Assembly: GCA_012295275.1 (NCBI GenBank)
Contig: CM022667.1
Coordinates: forward strand, 12,524,001-12,588,000
Length of the DNA stretch: 64,000 nucleotides
Direction of reading: 5' to 3'
Origin: Chrysomallon squamiferum
Lineage: Eukaryota; Animalia; Mollusca
Shown one piece after another: positions 27,195 through 40,711 of this stretch; the stretch's first letter is position 1; every line of letters begins with the position of its first letter. Below the pieces are notes generated by a model, which saw only the letters and a program-made list of their open reading frames with translations, was not told the origin of the DNA and made no database searches. Both the position numbers and the translations under genes were made by a program.

Positions 27195-30100
27195 TTATGC
27201 TGAAATGGTTTTTGGTTTTCCTGAGGAGTCTAGCAAGCTTTCTTTGGGATCTTTGAGAATCTGAGGTCCTGGACCAACCTGCAAAAATAAAATTAAAACC
27301 ATAATATACATGTGTGTGTGTGTGTGTGTGTGTGGAGGTGTTTGAAGAACATAAGATAAAAAAAAAAAAAAATATATAAAAATAAAAATATATCTATATC
27401 TCTATAATCTCTATATATCTATATCTATATCTATATATAAAACTACTATTAGAATAAATGAAAAACGATACCACCAAAATACAGCAAATAACAGACTAGA
27501 AATAAATAACAGCTTAAAAATTTGTTTTATATATATATATATGAATACAAAAAAGACTTAGCTTCATTAAAATATCACTATCTGACTAGAGCAGATAAAA
27601 ATTTATAAACATTTATAATTTTTTAAATAGATTAATAAATATTTTTTTAATTAAACAATTCCAATGTCTTGTCTGAATTGCAAAATATAATTTCTCACAC
27701 TGACTGTTTAATTTGTTAATAATAATTAATAGTAGTAGTAGTAATGATGATAATAATAACAATGATGATAATAATAATAAAAATAATAATAACAACAACA
27801 ACAATGATAATAACAGTAATGGCAATGGTAATAGTAAAAGTAATGGAATGGGTAAAAATAACAATAAAAAAATACCTTTGTATGAATACAGTATTTGATT
27901 GCACCTGATATGGTTGGCAGTGGAATAGCATCAATAATATTCTGAAATTATAAATAAGAAAAATACTGACATAAAGATTTAAATCTGTGGATATAGGTTT
28001 TTGGCTGTCGAAAAGTCAGCTCAAAAATCCTATATGACAACAAGTAAGAAAAACCGATATGGTGGTACGTCTCTGATCATTTTTGGTCTGTGAATGAGTG
28101 ATTGAAAGATTAGAAGTAATAAACAAACCAAAAAACAATAACTAATTCAGAGAATATTAGGAATAATAATTCAATATCAAACAATTATGACAAGAAATAC
28201 ATAAATAAATAAAAAGAATATTGGAGATAGCCACACTAAAAGATGTTTTACACTTTACAATAGGCAAATTTCATTGTAGTTTCTTATCTTATGCTGAAAA
28301 ATAAAAAATAAAAAATAAATTAAAATTAAAATTAATAGGCAAAACAAATTAAACAAAAAAATTAAATAATAATTTTGAACAAACCTGTTTAACAGGGACT
28401 TTGTTTACTGCGAGTCCTTTCACTGACAAGTCAGTTCCATTCTCCTCAGGTTGATAGAAGTGGTTAATTAAAGAGTACACCTCAGCTACATCCTTTTCTA
28501 GTAAATACAGACAGGCATTCGGCCCAGCATCAAATGTATATGCCACCTGAAATACAGGTGAAAAACTCCTTAAAACATAGGTAAACAAATTACATGTAAC
28601 AAAATTACTGAACATAAAAAAATAGAAAAAACCTATAAAAATGTGTTTTTTAAATATATATAATAAAGTTAATTTCTTATTAAAACAGTTTTTTTTATAA
28701 ATAAAATGAAGCCTAAGGTTAAAAACTAAAATTTTGTCATTTTTAAGCTTTAGAATTTTAGGGAATTTAAAAACCCCCAGAAAACTGAGAAATAAATCTA
28801 AATTTTTTAAATTTTAAAATAGAATTGTAATTTAAAATTTAGTCTGTTTAAATTTAGAACAAAACCAATAACTCTACAAACAGTTTAAATTTTAAAATGA
28901 ACAGTAGCTAATTAGAATTATATATAAAAAAATAAAAAATTACTGAAAATTCTAAAACGAATAGTAGCTGTATAAAAAGAACAGTAACTCTGTTTAAGAA
29001 GAGCTGTAACTCTGCAACTCACTGTGGTTTTTCCAGCCTCTTTGTTGATGCAGTGTATCAGTCTGACAATGTGGTGTGAAACATCTCGCATGTAGCTGAT
29101 TGGTGGGTAGGTGTCTAGACAAACTGCATGGAGCTGATTACTTTCCTAAAAATAAATATACAATTTCAGAGGTGGAAATGTGCACAGATTCTTGTGTTTA
29201 TTTTATGACATCTGCATAAAAATATTGAGTACTATAAATTCAAATATCACTTTCTTTTCAAAATAAAAAATAAAATTTTCAAGTGAAATATGAATTTATT
29301 TTGGTTCAATTGTAATGCTATTCAAAATAGTGAAACGGTTTCTGCAGAGAAAAATAAATTCAACCAGTCAGTCACATGGTATGTCTACTGAACCTGCTGG
29401 GCATATTTTTTATATATTTTGGAAATATGCAAAATTTGTCCTATGGGGTTTGAGAGTCTAATAATGAAGATTTCAAAACAGTCAATTACTACAGTAAAAT
29501 TCTTCCCAAAATATTTTCAAAATTCCATAGCCATTATTTTAAGCCTTTCCTCAGATTTAGGCCAATATACATTTGGTTTGATTCTCCTATACAATACATC
29601 AATAACATAACAAAAAATTAATTAATTTGAAGGAGAGGCAATAAAGTTCTGATATATTCAATCTTGGGCACAGACATAATGAAATAAAATTTGGAATTTA
29701 GAATCAATAGCAAAAAATAACAGAATAAACCTTTTAACAAAAACATTTAAAAAAGATATAATATTACCTTCATTGTCAGTTCTGCAAATGTTTCAAAATC
29801 TTTATCAAGAATTGCTTTAGTCATCTGATTTATTCTGGTAGGAACTTTTTCCAGTCGTTTCTGTAACAGTTCTGATGTCTGTACACTTGTCTGCATCCCC
29901 TCTGAACTCCCTACATATTTCTTCTGATCACTCACCTAAAACAACATTTAATTTATTTATATAGTTAGTTAGTTATTTAGTTATTTTAGTTATACAAAGA
30001 TTTATAATATGTTTTAAGTAAAAACATACAATATAATGCCTGTAATCCCTTGTGGAAAATATAATGGAGATTACAGTAAACATTTTTATCTTTTCTAGCT

Positions 30101-30436
30101 ACTTGTCTTTTGATAAAAGCAGAAATACATGCATAACCAACCGAGGTGGATTAGTTCTTTACTAGTGATTAATTGTATTTACCACCAAGATGAGTATTCT
30201 GAGTTCAGGCCAGTGTGACTCAGGAACTATCTGTTTAGCTATAGAATCAGACCCAGTTTTGTCAGCACCCATCTCCCACAAGACAAATCCACCATAAATA
30301 CTTCTGCAAGCACTTCCTGAACCCTGCCTAAGGTTAAAAACAATGTAGTGATATAGCGAGACAGAGACAGACTATCATATAGAGAAAGAAGGAGACAGAG
30401 AGTGAAAGAGACATTGAGACAGAGAGTGAAAGAGAC

Positions 30437-30504
<68 letters not shown>

Positions 30505-33500
30505 ATTACAGCAAAGAAAGTGGTAACAAAATATAATCATGTTTTCAGTATTAAAATGTATTTATGATGTAATCTAAACTTCAAATGATGAAATAAGATC
30601 TTACGAAAAATATGTGTAAGAAAACAGAATTTATTGCTGTTTTCTGTTTCTAAAGCTTAAGCTGTAAAATAAAAAAAGAGTGTTTTGAGCTAAATGCATT
30701 ATGAGGAATATATGAACATACCTGGCAATATCCGATATTTCACCTGTGATGCCATAAAGCTGTGCCAGTGTGTAAACTAAAACAGAAACAAAACAGTTAT
30801 TCTTAATTGGCTGTTAAATTAACTAACCGAATCGTTTCATTGTCTATGACAAGATGAGGGAACTGTTTTAATTAAATGTTAAGAGAACCATCTTAACTAT
30901 CAATTTATATAAAAGATGAATTGAAAGTAACAAATGAAAATAGACTGTAAGGACAGTTAAAGCTTAGAAGTAATTACCAAGACATGCATATCCAGCAGCT
31001 GAAGATGCCAAGCCTGCTGCAGTGGGGAAATTGTTCTCTGAGCAGATGTGAATTTTCCAGTGGAGGTTGTCCTCTGCCAGCTCGTTAAACTTCCTCTTCT
31101 GAGCTTGTCTCTTAACTGAAATGATCATCAAATAGTTATTTGATGAGATGAAAGGATTAATTCAAAAACATTCTGAAAACTTAAGAGCACAATATTATGT
31201 CTGGGGAGAGGGATAGAAAAAAAAATGGGAGTGAGAGGTGAGGGAGACAAAGGAAAGATAACTAGTCTGAAATTTAACCAAAAAAAATAAAAAATAATAT
31301 ATCAAAAAAAATAAAAATAAAAAATAAAATAAATAATATTGGTAGTAAAAGCACGATGAATTGTTTCTTAATACTTACTTTCTTTTAAAACATTCTGAAT
31401 TCTGGGGCTTGTTATGGACTGTTCACTGAAAAACAAACAACAACTAATGCATCATTTGAAATAACAGAATTCTGATAAAATATTTAAAACAAAAAATAAA
31501 ATCATTAAAAAACTCTGTAAATAACTTTTTATTTTGAGTAATTCTAAATTGCTAATTTAATATTTTCTAATAATCATTCCAGCTGGAAAAGAGTCATTAT
31601 CTCATTTTAGTAATAGCATTCAACACGTCAAAGTATGTATTTACTGGTAGTGTAAAGACTTTATTAACAAGATATAACAAATACTACAAACACTCACACT
31701 CCATTTAGCCACATTTTATCCTCAGTAAAATCTTTACTGAATGCTGCAGTCGTTTTGGCCCGAAGCTGGAACATAAATACAAGCAATATTAATAAACATT
31801 TACAGTGCAGTTGTGATGGCATGATAATACAGGTCAAACAAAATGATCATATCTTCCAAATGATTTTTTGAATTTTAATATATTATTATGTTTTTTGTTT
31901 TGGGGTTTTTTGGGGGTGGGCTTTTTAAAGTACACCAGTAGTATTTCTATCAAAAAGTTTTATATTAAAACTGTATACTTCCAAGAGGTTTCTTTTATTT
32001 TCTATAACATGTCAACTTTTACTAGTAATAAAGTATTGTTAATGTCCAGTCTTTTAAATATGCTAAATCTAATCCAATAAATCAGTGCTGGCTCTGTCAA
32101 ACGATAATAAAAAGTTCTGTCAAATAAACAACTCTTTAATACAGAATGGACAACTTTGCATTCCTTGAATAATTACCAACCCTGTCCAACAAAAAAATGA
32201 ATCAAAACATTTATAAACATAAATACATGCAATATCCATTTGCAGAAAATATCTTAACAAGAGAATTTAAAACTTGGCATTTATATAACTTAAGCTAGAA
32301 CTGACTGAAAATTTGTTAAGAACTAAGCAGCAATATTAAATGGCATTTTGAAAAACCAAAGATGTTTGTTAACCATATTAATTCTCATCAAAAGATAATC
32401 TGGTTTTTGACACATGGTGTCATATTTATAATTCATATAAAATTTAATGAAAACATGCTGTTTATCCAGGACAGTAATGAAGCATGGGTTTATTTCAGTA
32501 TTTATATCTACAGTAACAAAAGTAATAAATATACATGCATAGTAATTAAGGAAAAAATATATAACAATTATAACAGATATCAAAACTTGTATAAAAATAT
32601 TTTCTAAATCCTTACATAACAAACAAACTTTGGCCAGAATTATCTCAAAGTTTTAACAAAATACATTAAAAAAAATACTATGACCATGCATTGTATTTTC
32701 TTACCTCATTTTGACCAAGTGTGGCACTAATTGATGAATTAATAGGAAGAATTAACTTTTCATCTCGTTTTCCCCCTAAAAAATAAGTATAAACTCATGG
32801 GGATAAAAATATATATGTAATGAAGAGTGTATTTATTTTCCCTTTCATTTAATTTTTGTGTTCATTATTTTAAAATAGTTCTCTAAATGACTATGAAAAT
32901 TATATTTGTATTAAAAATCTATTTTCAAACATTAAATGTTTTGTGCTAAAATTATATTTAAATTCTGTTATTTCATTATTCAAAACCAGTAACAAATAAA
33001 TATTTAATCAGATTATGAAAAATTGTAACTTTAAATAAAAATAACCTTCCAACAATATTATATTCTTTTGCTATGCTGTGACTGAAAATGTTTTAATTCA
33101 TTCCAACTAAATGTTAATGCAGTTCTCCATTCACCATTGCTTTCAATTTAATCAACCTAACATCAATCAAAAATACAGTGATATAAATTGTATGTTCAAC
33201 ACCAGACATCTGTGACATAGGATCATTAATTATTCCATTTAAATGTGTTGCCATTGTCTGTGCACAGGTGTTCTTTAAATTACAGGTCAGTACAGGAATT
33301 ATGTAATCACAATAATGTAATTTATTTAGAACATTTCAAATTTGCCGATTTCGCTCACTTTTTGTACTTATACAAATAATAAAATTAGAAAGATATTTTA
33401 CAACGAAAATACAAATTCATAATATTATACACAGACAAAAATACTTACAATATTTTACCACAGCGATATTTACAGGAGCTGTACAAGTTACTGACTTCAT
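27195..33500 (-). CDS. MVD: Diphosphomevalonate decarboxylase, 392 aa, 12 exons
   Basis: Exons (-): 33500-33449, 32775-32705, 31765-31698, 31425-31379, 31115-30978, 30776-30722, 30327-30183, 29935-29768, 29145-29023, 28546-28385, 27941-27876, 27278-27195 (1179 nt). Motifs [45 protein letters not shown] (GHMP P-loop), [41 protein letters not shown]. Confidence 0.97.
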
Positions 33501-33659
33501 GATAACTGAACAAATGAACAGAACACTCTCTCTCACTTCCACTTTCGTCACCCCACTCTCACCCGATAACGAAAATAGAAGAGTTATTTGCCCTTAGTCA
33601 AATATCATTTATTTCTAACCAATCACCTACTGGCGTGTTGGTTATCCCGATATTACAAC
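33501..33659. promoter_or_regulatory. Bidirectional MVD/METTL17 promoter with SRE-like element and CCAAT box
   Basis: Only 159 bp separate the divergent ATGs; GTCACCCCAC at 33547-33556 (9/10 match to SRE-1 ATCACCCCAC); AACCAATCA at 33617-33625. Confidence 0.7.
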
Positions 33660-34537
33660 ATGGCAGCGTCCATGAAACATGTGATTCCAAATAATGTTTG
33701 CAGTCTCTGCAAATATTCTCATGTCTTTATCAGGAAAATGAGCAAAGCTGTAAGCAAGACAAATTAAAAAATAAATTATAATATGATGAATTCGTGTCTT
33801 TTCTACATAAGTATAATCAGAGAAATTACTAATCTAAGTTTAGAAGCTAAATCACAAAATTTCATAAATGATTAAAAATAACATTGCAGACACTTTCGAC
33901 TTTGGTGACTTTATGAAAGGAAAATCTGAAAGATAATTGTTATAAATATTATTAACTCTTTTTCATTCACACATACGTTTTTGACATTATTATTATAAAG
34001 TATAAACAATAATTTTGTCAAAACACTGGACGATTATAATTATACTTAATTTTCAATGTACAAGAAGACAGTTACTAATATTACTAATAGTAAAAGTATG
34101 TCCAGATGTCTGTATTAATATGCTTTAACAAATTTACAGTAATGAAGCATATATACCAGTATAGGTGGATAGATCAATATTTGTTTATTTTGTATATAAA
34201 TAAGTTTCATTTAAAATGTCCATACCAATGATTGACAATTTGTTTTTTAAAAGAAATGTTTTATTCGAACACCAATATAGGCACATTATCCTGCTTCTAT
34301 AGTTGTCAAGGAAACCACAGTTGATCCTGCAGCTATGGAAATAATGAAAAAACAAAATTTGAAAATGAAAACTCATCCCGGAATAATGAGACTGAAAACT
34401 GTCAAACTTCCAGACAGGCTGGAAGCAGCTGTTCAGAACATACTGGAAAGTGAGAATATAATTTAGATTATTTTTATTTTTTATTGATGTATTAATGTTA
34501 ATATTATTATTTTATAAATAATAATTTTTTATTTCTG

Positions 34538-34570
<33 letters not shown>

Positions 34571-37500
34571 GTATTTATTTATTTATAGTATCAAAGTGTA
34601 AAAAATTAATAATACAAATAATAAAAGAAATAAAAATTAAATAATCCTAAAAAATCATTTACATCTGCCTTATCCTGAGACTGTTAGGAATTTGTTTTAC
34701 AGTTTTATTCACAAAAACTGTCCAAAGATTAAACCTTGGTCTTTTCTCAGTTAGATTTTTAAACTCCTTTATCTTTTTCATGTCTTCTTCCTTTATTTTT
34801 ATCTTTCTGTATTTGTTGCTTTATAACTTTTTAATGATTTTTTTTTTTATAAAATTATTATTTTCAAGAATATCCTATTCCTGATGTTCAGAAGAGAGCA
34901 AAAGCATTTCAGAATTATCTTCATGCAAGACACCCACCCATTGAACAGGATGAGCTGAGACTGAAAGCTAAAGAAATAGAAGAAAAGATGGATGCAGAGT
35001 GTAATATTGAAAATTTTCTAAATATTTTAATTAATTTTTTGGAATAAATTAAACTTTAAATTTTAATTTTTAGAATACACACACCTATACATGCATGTGT
35101 GTGTTATATATATATATATATATATTTGTATCTCAAATAATGGATTATATCCTATTAATTAATTGTCAAACCAGACAGTATTATTGTGAAAATATATTCT
35201 CAAAGGGAGGCTGTATGCACTAATTTAATGTAACATGTGCAGATGAACTTTGTCACTTATATTTACTGAAGTATTTATTTGACTTTTCTCTGTGTCCAAA
35301 TACATGTGTAATTGATTTTAATATTTATCATGTGTATCTATCATGTAGATAGATAGACAGACAGATGGTTAAATGTATAAATAATATAGATAGATAGATT
35401 TAAATATATTTATCTGTATAAAGCTATATAGATATATTTATCTATTTTGTGTGTGTGTGTGGCTATAGATAATAGATATGTTTAGTTTTTACATCCTTTT
35501 GTTGTAGCTAACATTGATTTATCTGCTCTGCCAGAAGATGAATTGCAAAAAGAAGAACAAGAACGCAAAACCAAACTTATTCACAAACTTCGACAAACAA
35601 TCTACAAGTGGAAACCACTGAAGTAAAGCTCTTATTTCAATAATGATATCTTTAAGATTTGTTTACTAATAAGTTGAATAAGTTGTGTTAATCATCTATG
35701 TTAGCTCTCTTTATTTATTCCTTATATGAGATATAATTCACTTGTGAATTTTTGTATTAGTATTATGATTTTTATTATTATTAGTTTTATTATTATTTTA
35801 TAAATACTGCTACTATTATCACTTGTAAGTTATGTTATTGTCATTTATAATTTTATTATTCTTAATATTATTTATAAATTGTTACTGTTACAATTATTTT
35901 TATTAAGTATTATTAATACTGTTACAATTATTTATAAATTGTTAATTACTAGTATTTGTTATTTTTAATTATGCTGTTGTTGGTGTTACTGTTTATTATT
36001 ATTTTATTACTGTCAGTTTTGACGCTGTTGGTTCACTGTTGTACATGGTGTCTAGACTTCCTCAGGATTACAGTGTGATCTTAAAGTGTTTTTCTGAGGT
36101 ACATTTTACTTTACTTCTATCTTGCAAAAACAAGCCTTTTTAAATAGTTTTCTTGTTTGTTTATGTTTGGTTTGTTTGGGGTTTTAGGGGGGGTTGTTAC
36201 TTTTTTTTTATGTTTATCTTTTTGTAGCTAATATTTTGCATAAAAAATAAAACAAGCTTTAATGTCTTATGATAAGCTTATAGAAATTAATTATATTTTA
36301 ATATTTTTATTTTATTTTATTTATTTTAGATTTGTAAACGAGATCCCAAATTTCATCCAAGAAACCTTCTTGATCTTGGTTCAGGTTTAGGGTCTGTTAT
36401 TTGGTAAGTCAGACAAATTTAAAAACTTTAATTTAAAATAGTAAAACATAGTGTATTGAAACAAGACTTGCAAGCTTGAAATTTTAGTACAGAACAATGC
36501 CATGATCGGATTACAGACACACATCCAAATGTTTGAACATATCATTTCATTACTAATTTATTTATTTTTATATATATATATATATATATAAACTTAATTT
36601 TTGTTTGTTGTTGTTACTTTTTTTTTTTTTTTTCACTATCGAAGAATTAATTTTTAAATTTAAACATTTATGATATGAAGGAATTTATTTTAAAATTTGA
36701 TGAAGACAATACGAAAAGACGTTTTATGTAATTTTGTTTCAAGTTTATTATCCAAGTTTTTTTAACATACACATGCATGCATGTTCACACATTGACACAA
36801 GCAAACTATATTACCCAAACACAATTTCATAACTGTATACATAACCACTGCTGCATCTATATACATTTATCTCTTCTTTTTTGTTGTTGTTTTAATTTTC
36901 AGGGCAGCCAATGATGTGTGGAAGTCAAAGATTGTTGAGTATTACTGCATGGACAAGTCAGTAGATATCAGTACACTGGCCAGATTACTTCTTCAAGGTT
37001 TGATTGTGTTTCTCTTAAGATAATTCTTGCCAAAAATAATTGTGTGCCTGCCTTATAAAAATAAGCTTAAGGAAAAGTTACAGGAATTTTTTTACTTCTT
37101 AAATGTCACTGTATATGTTTTTAAAAAAACGTATGTCAGCATAAAACAACAGTGTTCTGTTTTCAGATGGGGAGGAGCAGAAAGAAATGCAAATACCTGG
37201 AGTTTATTTCAGACAATTTCTCCCAGCTACACAACAGGTAAAAACAAATTTTTAAATTTCAGATTTGGGTCACATAATGCTGTTATTCTTATGGTTATTG
37301 TTATTCAGTCACAGGTTCACGAGTGGCTGAGAAAGGAAAGAAATACACAGGCTTCAATCTGCAAATGAATCATTTATGCTGTAGTCGTACATTATTGTTA
37401 GTAAAGGTTGGCGATAAAAACAATGGAAACAATTTTTCTTGAATGTGTAGAAAAGATGTTTAAGCCATTTGCTAGCATCACTGATAAAATATCTTATCAA

Positions 37501-37669
37501 CACATAAAATGTGTATTTAGACTTAAGTATAGATCAACTAGCAATAAATAAAAAAGTTACTTGCCAGTATTCAAAAATATATATATATATATATTTATAC
37601 CAGCACTTATAAACTTTTAGTTATTACTTTCAGAACACTTAATAATCTTTATATATTATTATTATTAAT

Positions 37670-37717
<48 letters not shown>

Positions 37718-40711
37718 ATTTCATCATTGTTTTCAGAACACATTTGACATTGTGGTCAGCTGTTACACACTGCTGGAACAGCCGAACAGACAAGAGAGAC
37801 TGGACTTGGTCCTCAATCTCTGGAAACTCACAGAGGACTACCTGGTATGTAAAATCAGTTAATTAGTCCTCTATGTATAAGTGATATTAATAAAACCAAT
37901 ATTAAGAATGATTTTCTTTCAACATTGAACTAGTATTCAAATTTTAAAAATATTGGCTGTTTTATTTTTTTAATTTAATTTTATTTTCTGTCATAGGATT
38001 TTTTTCATTTATTTTTTCTTTATGGTTATATAAATATCTGTTCACCATTATTTTAATACAGCTTTATTTTGTATTTTATTATTTATTTTATTAATTTATT
38101 TTAATATTCTTTATTACTGTTTTGTTTAGGTGCTTGTTGAAAATGGATCTATTCCAGGTTTTCGTCTTATATATGAAGCAAGAAATCACATCCTAGAAGT
38201 AAGTTGTGGAACATTTATTTATTTATTTATTTATAGATCTATATTTGTAAAATATATTGTGCATTTAATTGTCTTTCTTTTTTTCTTTTTTTTTGCATTA
38301 TTTTTAGCATTTTATTTATTAAATTTCTATAATTATTACATAAGTTTTACAAAAACAAATTCATTAAAATTTTGCATTAAATTAAATCATTTCTGTTATT
38401 ACATTTAATGGTTATTAAGATTTTCTAATAAAGATATAAAAAATGCAATTATATCGATTTTATTGATTTCAGAACAATTGTTGATTATTTATTATAATGA
38501 TTAAAGTATGAAGATCATTTTATAATCAGTTTATTTTCAGTTATTATTTAATTAGTTATTTTTATTATTCTTTCTTTACTCTTTTTAATTTTATTGATTT
38601 ATTTTCATTGTGGAGAAGTGTTGTTTCCTAACCACGCACACTTAATTAAATGATTAATGATTGTGATGATTCAGTACATTTTATCATTGTGCTGATTATT
38701 TAAGAATGATAAATGATTATTTTTTTCAGTCTCCAGAGTTCTGTAATGATGACAGTTTAGAAGGCCATGTGTTTGCTCCTGTAAGTAATGATTTTATTTA
38801 TTTTTATTGAAAATTTTTTATATTTTGTAATTCTTTTTTTGTTATTGTTTATTTTTTGTCACATTTTTCTTTTTTTTTTTTTTTTTGTTTGTTTTATATA
38901 AGAAATACTGGTGTCTTTTAATTAAATTAATTTATCTTTTTTTTTTTTTTTTTTTTTTTCAACTTTCAATTGTCATTGTATTTCAGTGGATTTTTGTTTG
39001 CTTAATTTTAATAGGTTTCAGGGGTTTTGGTTTTTTTTTTGTAAAGATACAACAATTATTTTTTATTTGGGGAGGTTGTACTTATTTTATTATTATTATA
39101 TTCTGTTATATTATTGTTTTATTTTAATCCACTATTTTATATTCCCAAACCCTGATTTTATTTTATTTCTTTTATTTATTTAAATTATTTTTTTTAATGT
39201 ATTTAAATTTATTATCTTTATTTATTTTTTTTAATTATTATATTTGACAATGTTATTTACTTATTTATTTATTTTGTTTTATCAGTATTTTAATTGATTT
39301 GATTTTATTTCATTCCATTTATATTTTATTTATTTTTTATTTGTTCCAGTGCCCACATGATCAGGCTTGTCCTCGACTTACAAAAAGGGAATTCCATGTT
39401 TTTTTCAAGTTGATTACAGACCACTAAAAGTTTTACAGGTAATAAAATAATAGTTTCTTGATATTTTAAATAATTTTAAATTTTGTGGGGTCTGTGTAAT
39501 AAATTTTAATTCATTTGTTGTCATTAGAATCAAAATTATCAGAAAAATGTTCCTTTGAATTTAATAGTAGAAAGTTACTATTATTATTACAAAAAGGTGC
39601 TTTAGAGAGTTATGTATTTAGTTCACAAGAGGGAAAAAGATTATGTATAAAATAATATAAAGAAAGAAGAAATATTTATTTTTGATTTGGTCATTCATGC
39701 TGGAATAGAGTGGCCGTGTGTGTGTGTGTTGGTTTTTTAATTAAGTTGTTTGTCATTATTTATTTATTTCCAGAAAGGAGACAGTAAACTGTCAGAAAGA
39801 TACAGCTATGTCATCTTTAAAAAAGGAAAAAGAACAGAAAGTAAGTTACAAAGAAATTGTGTTTTTTACTATTCTGTCATTTTATTTACATGAACCAAAA
39901 CCTATTTTTTTTTTTTTTTGATGGTTGTTGGTGGGATATTTTGTTATTTTTGGCTGTTTAAATAATAGAAGAATATTATTTTTTTCTTTCTTCGTTTATT
40001 TATATTTTATTATTATTATTTTTTTTTTCAGCATCTGGCTGGCCCAGGGTTGTACAGGAAGTGACAAAAGCCTCAAAACATATCCACTGTCATCTCTGCT
40101 GTCCTAGTGGCCAACTCCATCACGAAATTCTAACACAGAAGAGAAACGGAAAGTGAGTTGTTTAAATAAATTAATGAACACTTTTAACATTAACAACCAT
40201 AATAAAACAAACATGCAACCTTTATGACAGGTTAGAGCCATTGGCATTTAATATATTCATAAAATATCTTACAATCTTTTTAGTTTTTATTTTCTCTCTT
40301 AAGGTTGTGTATTTATTATATTTGATTCATATATATTTAGTTGCCACCGATTTTTTAAAATTAATTTTCACAATTTGTTTTGTACCTATATCTTTACAGA
40401 TATCTCATTGTTAGATATTTTAAAATTTTCATTTATCACATTAATTTAGATTTACATTTAAATTATTTTTTTTTTTAAATTATTTTTTTAATTCTATTCA
40501 CAGAGATCTGTACCAGAGTGTTCGGTACACAAGCTGGGGAGATTTTCTTCCTGTACGGTTGTCAGCGTCTTCACCAGAAACACCAGATAATAACAGACAC
40601 ACTGATAAACAGACATTAAACAGAGACAAAAAATCAGAAGAAGAAAATAACACAACAGATTCAGAAACAAGTGATGGAGAGACAGACCAGACAAAAGAAA
40701 AAAAAATTTAA
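33660..40711 (+). CDS. METTL17: Methyltransferase-like protein 17 / Rsm22 family mitoribosome small-subunit assembly factor, about 513 aa, 15 exons, with an apparent 1-nt deletion in exon 12
   Basis: Exons: 33660-33749, 34281-34449, 34869-35000, 35508-35622, 36017-36098, 36330-36403, 36903-36997, 37167-37237, 37737-37844, 38130-38198, 38730-38780, 39350-39438, 39774-39840, 40032-40152, 40504-40711. Motifs HPGIMRLKTVKLP, LLDLGSGLGSVIWAA (SAM motif I), YFRQFLP, VLVENGSIPGF, GHVFAPCPHDQACP, WPRVV, HIHCHLCCPSG, SWGDFLP. Confidence 0.92.

Noticed and set aside
39380-39426. Programmed ribosomal frameshifting or pseudogene status for METTL17
   Set aside because: A single indel in a homopolymer of an otherwise intact gene is more simply an assembly error; no stimulatory structure is evident.
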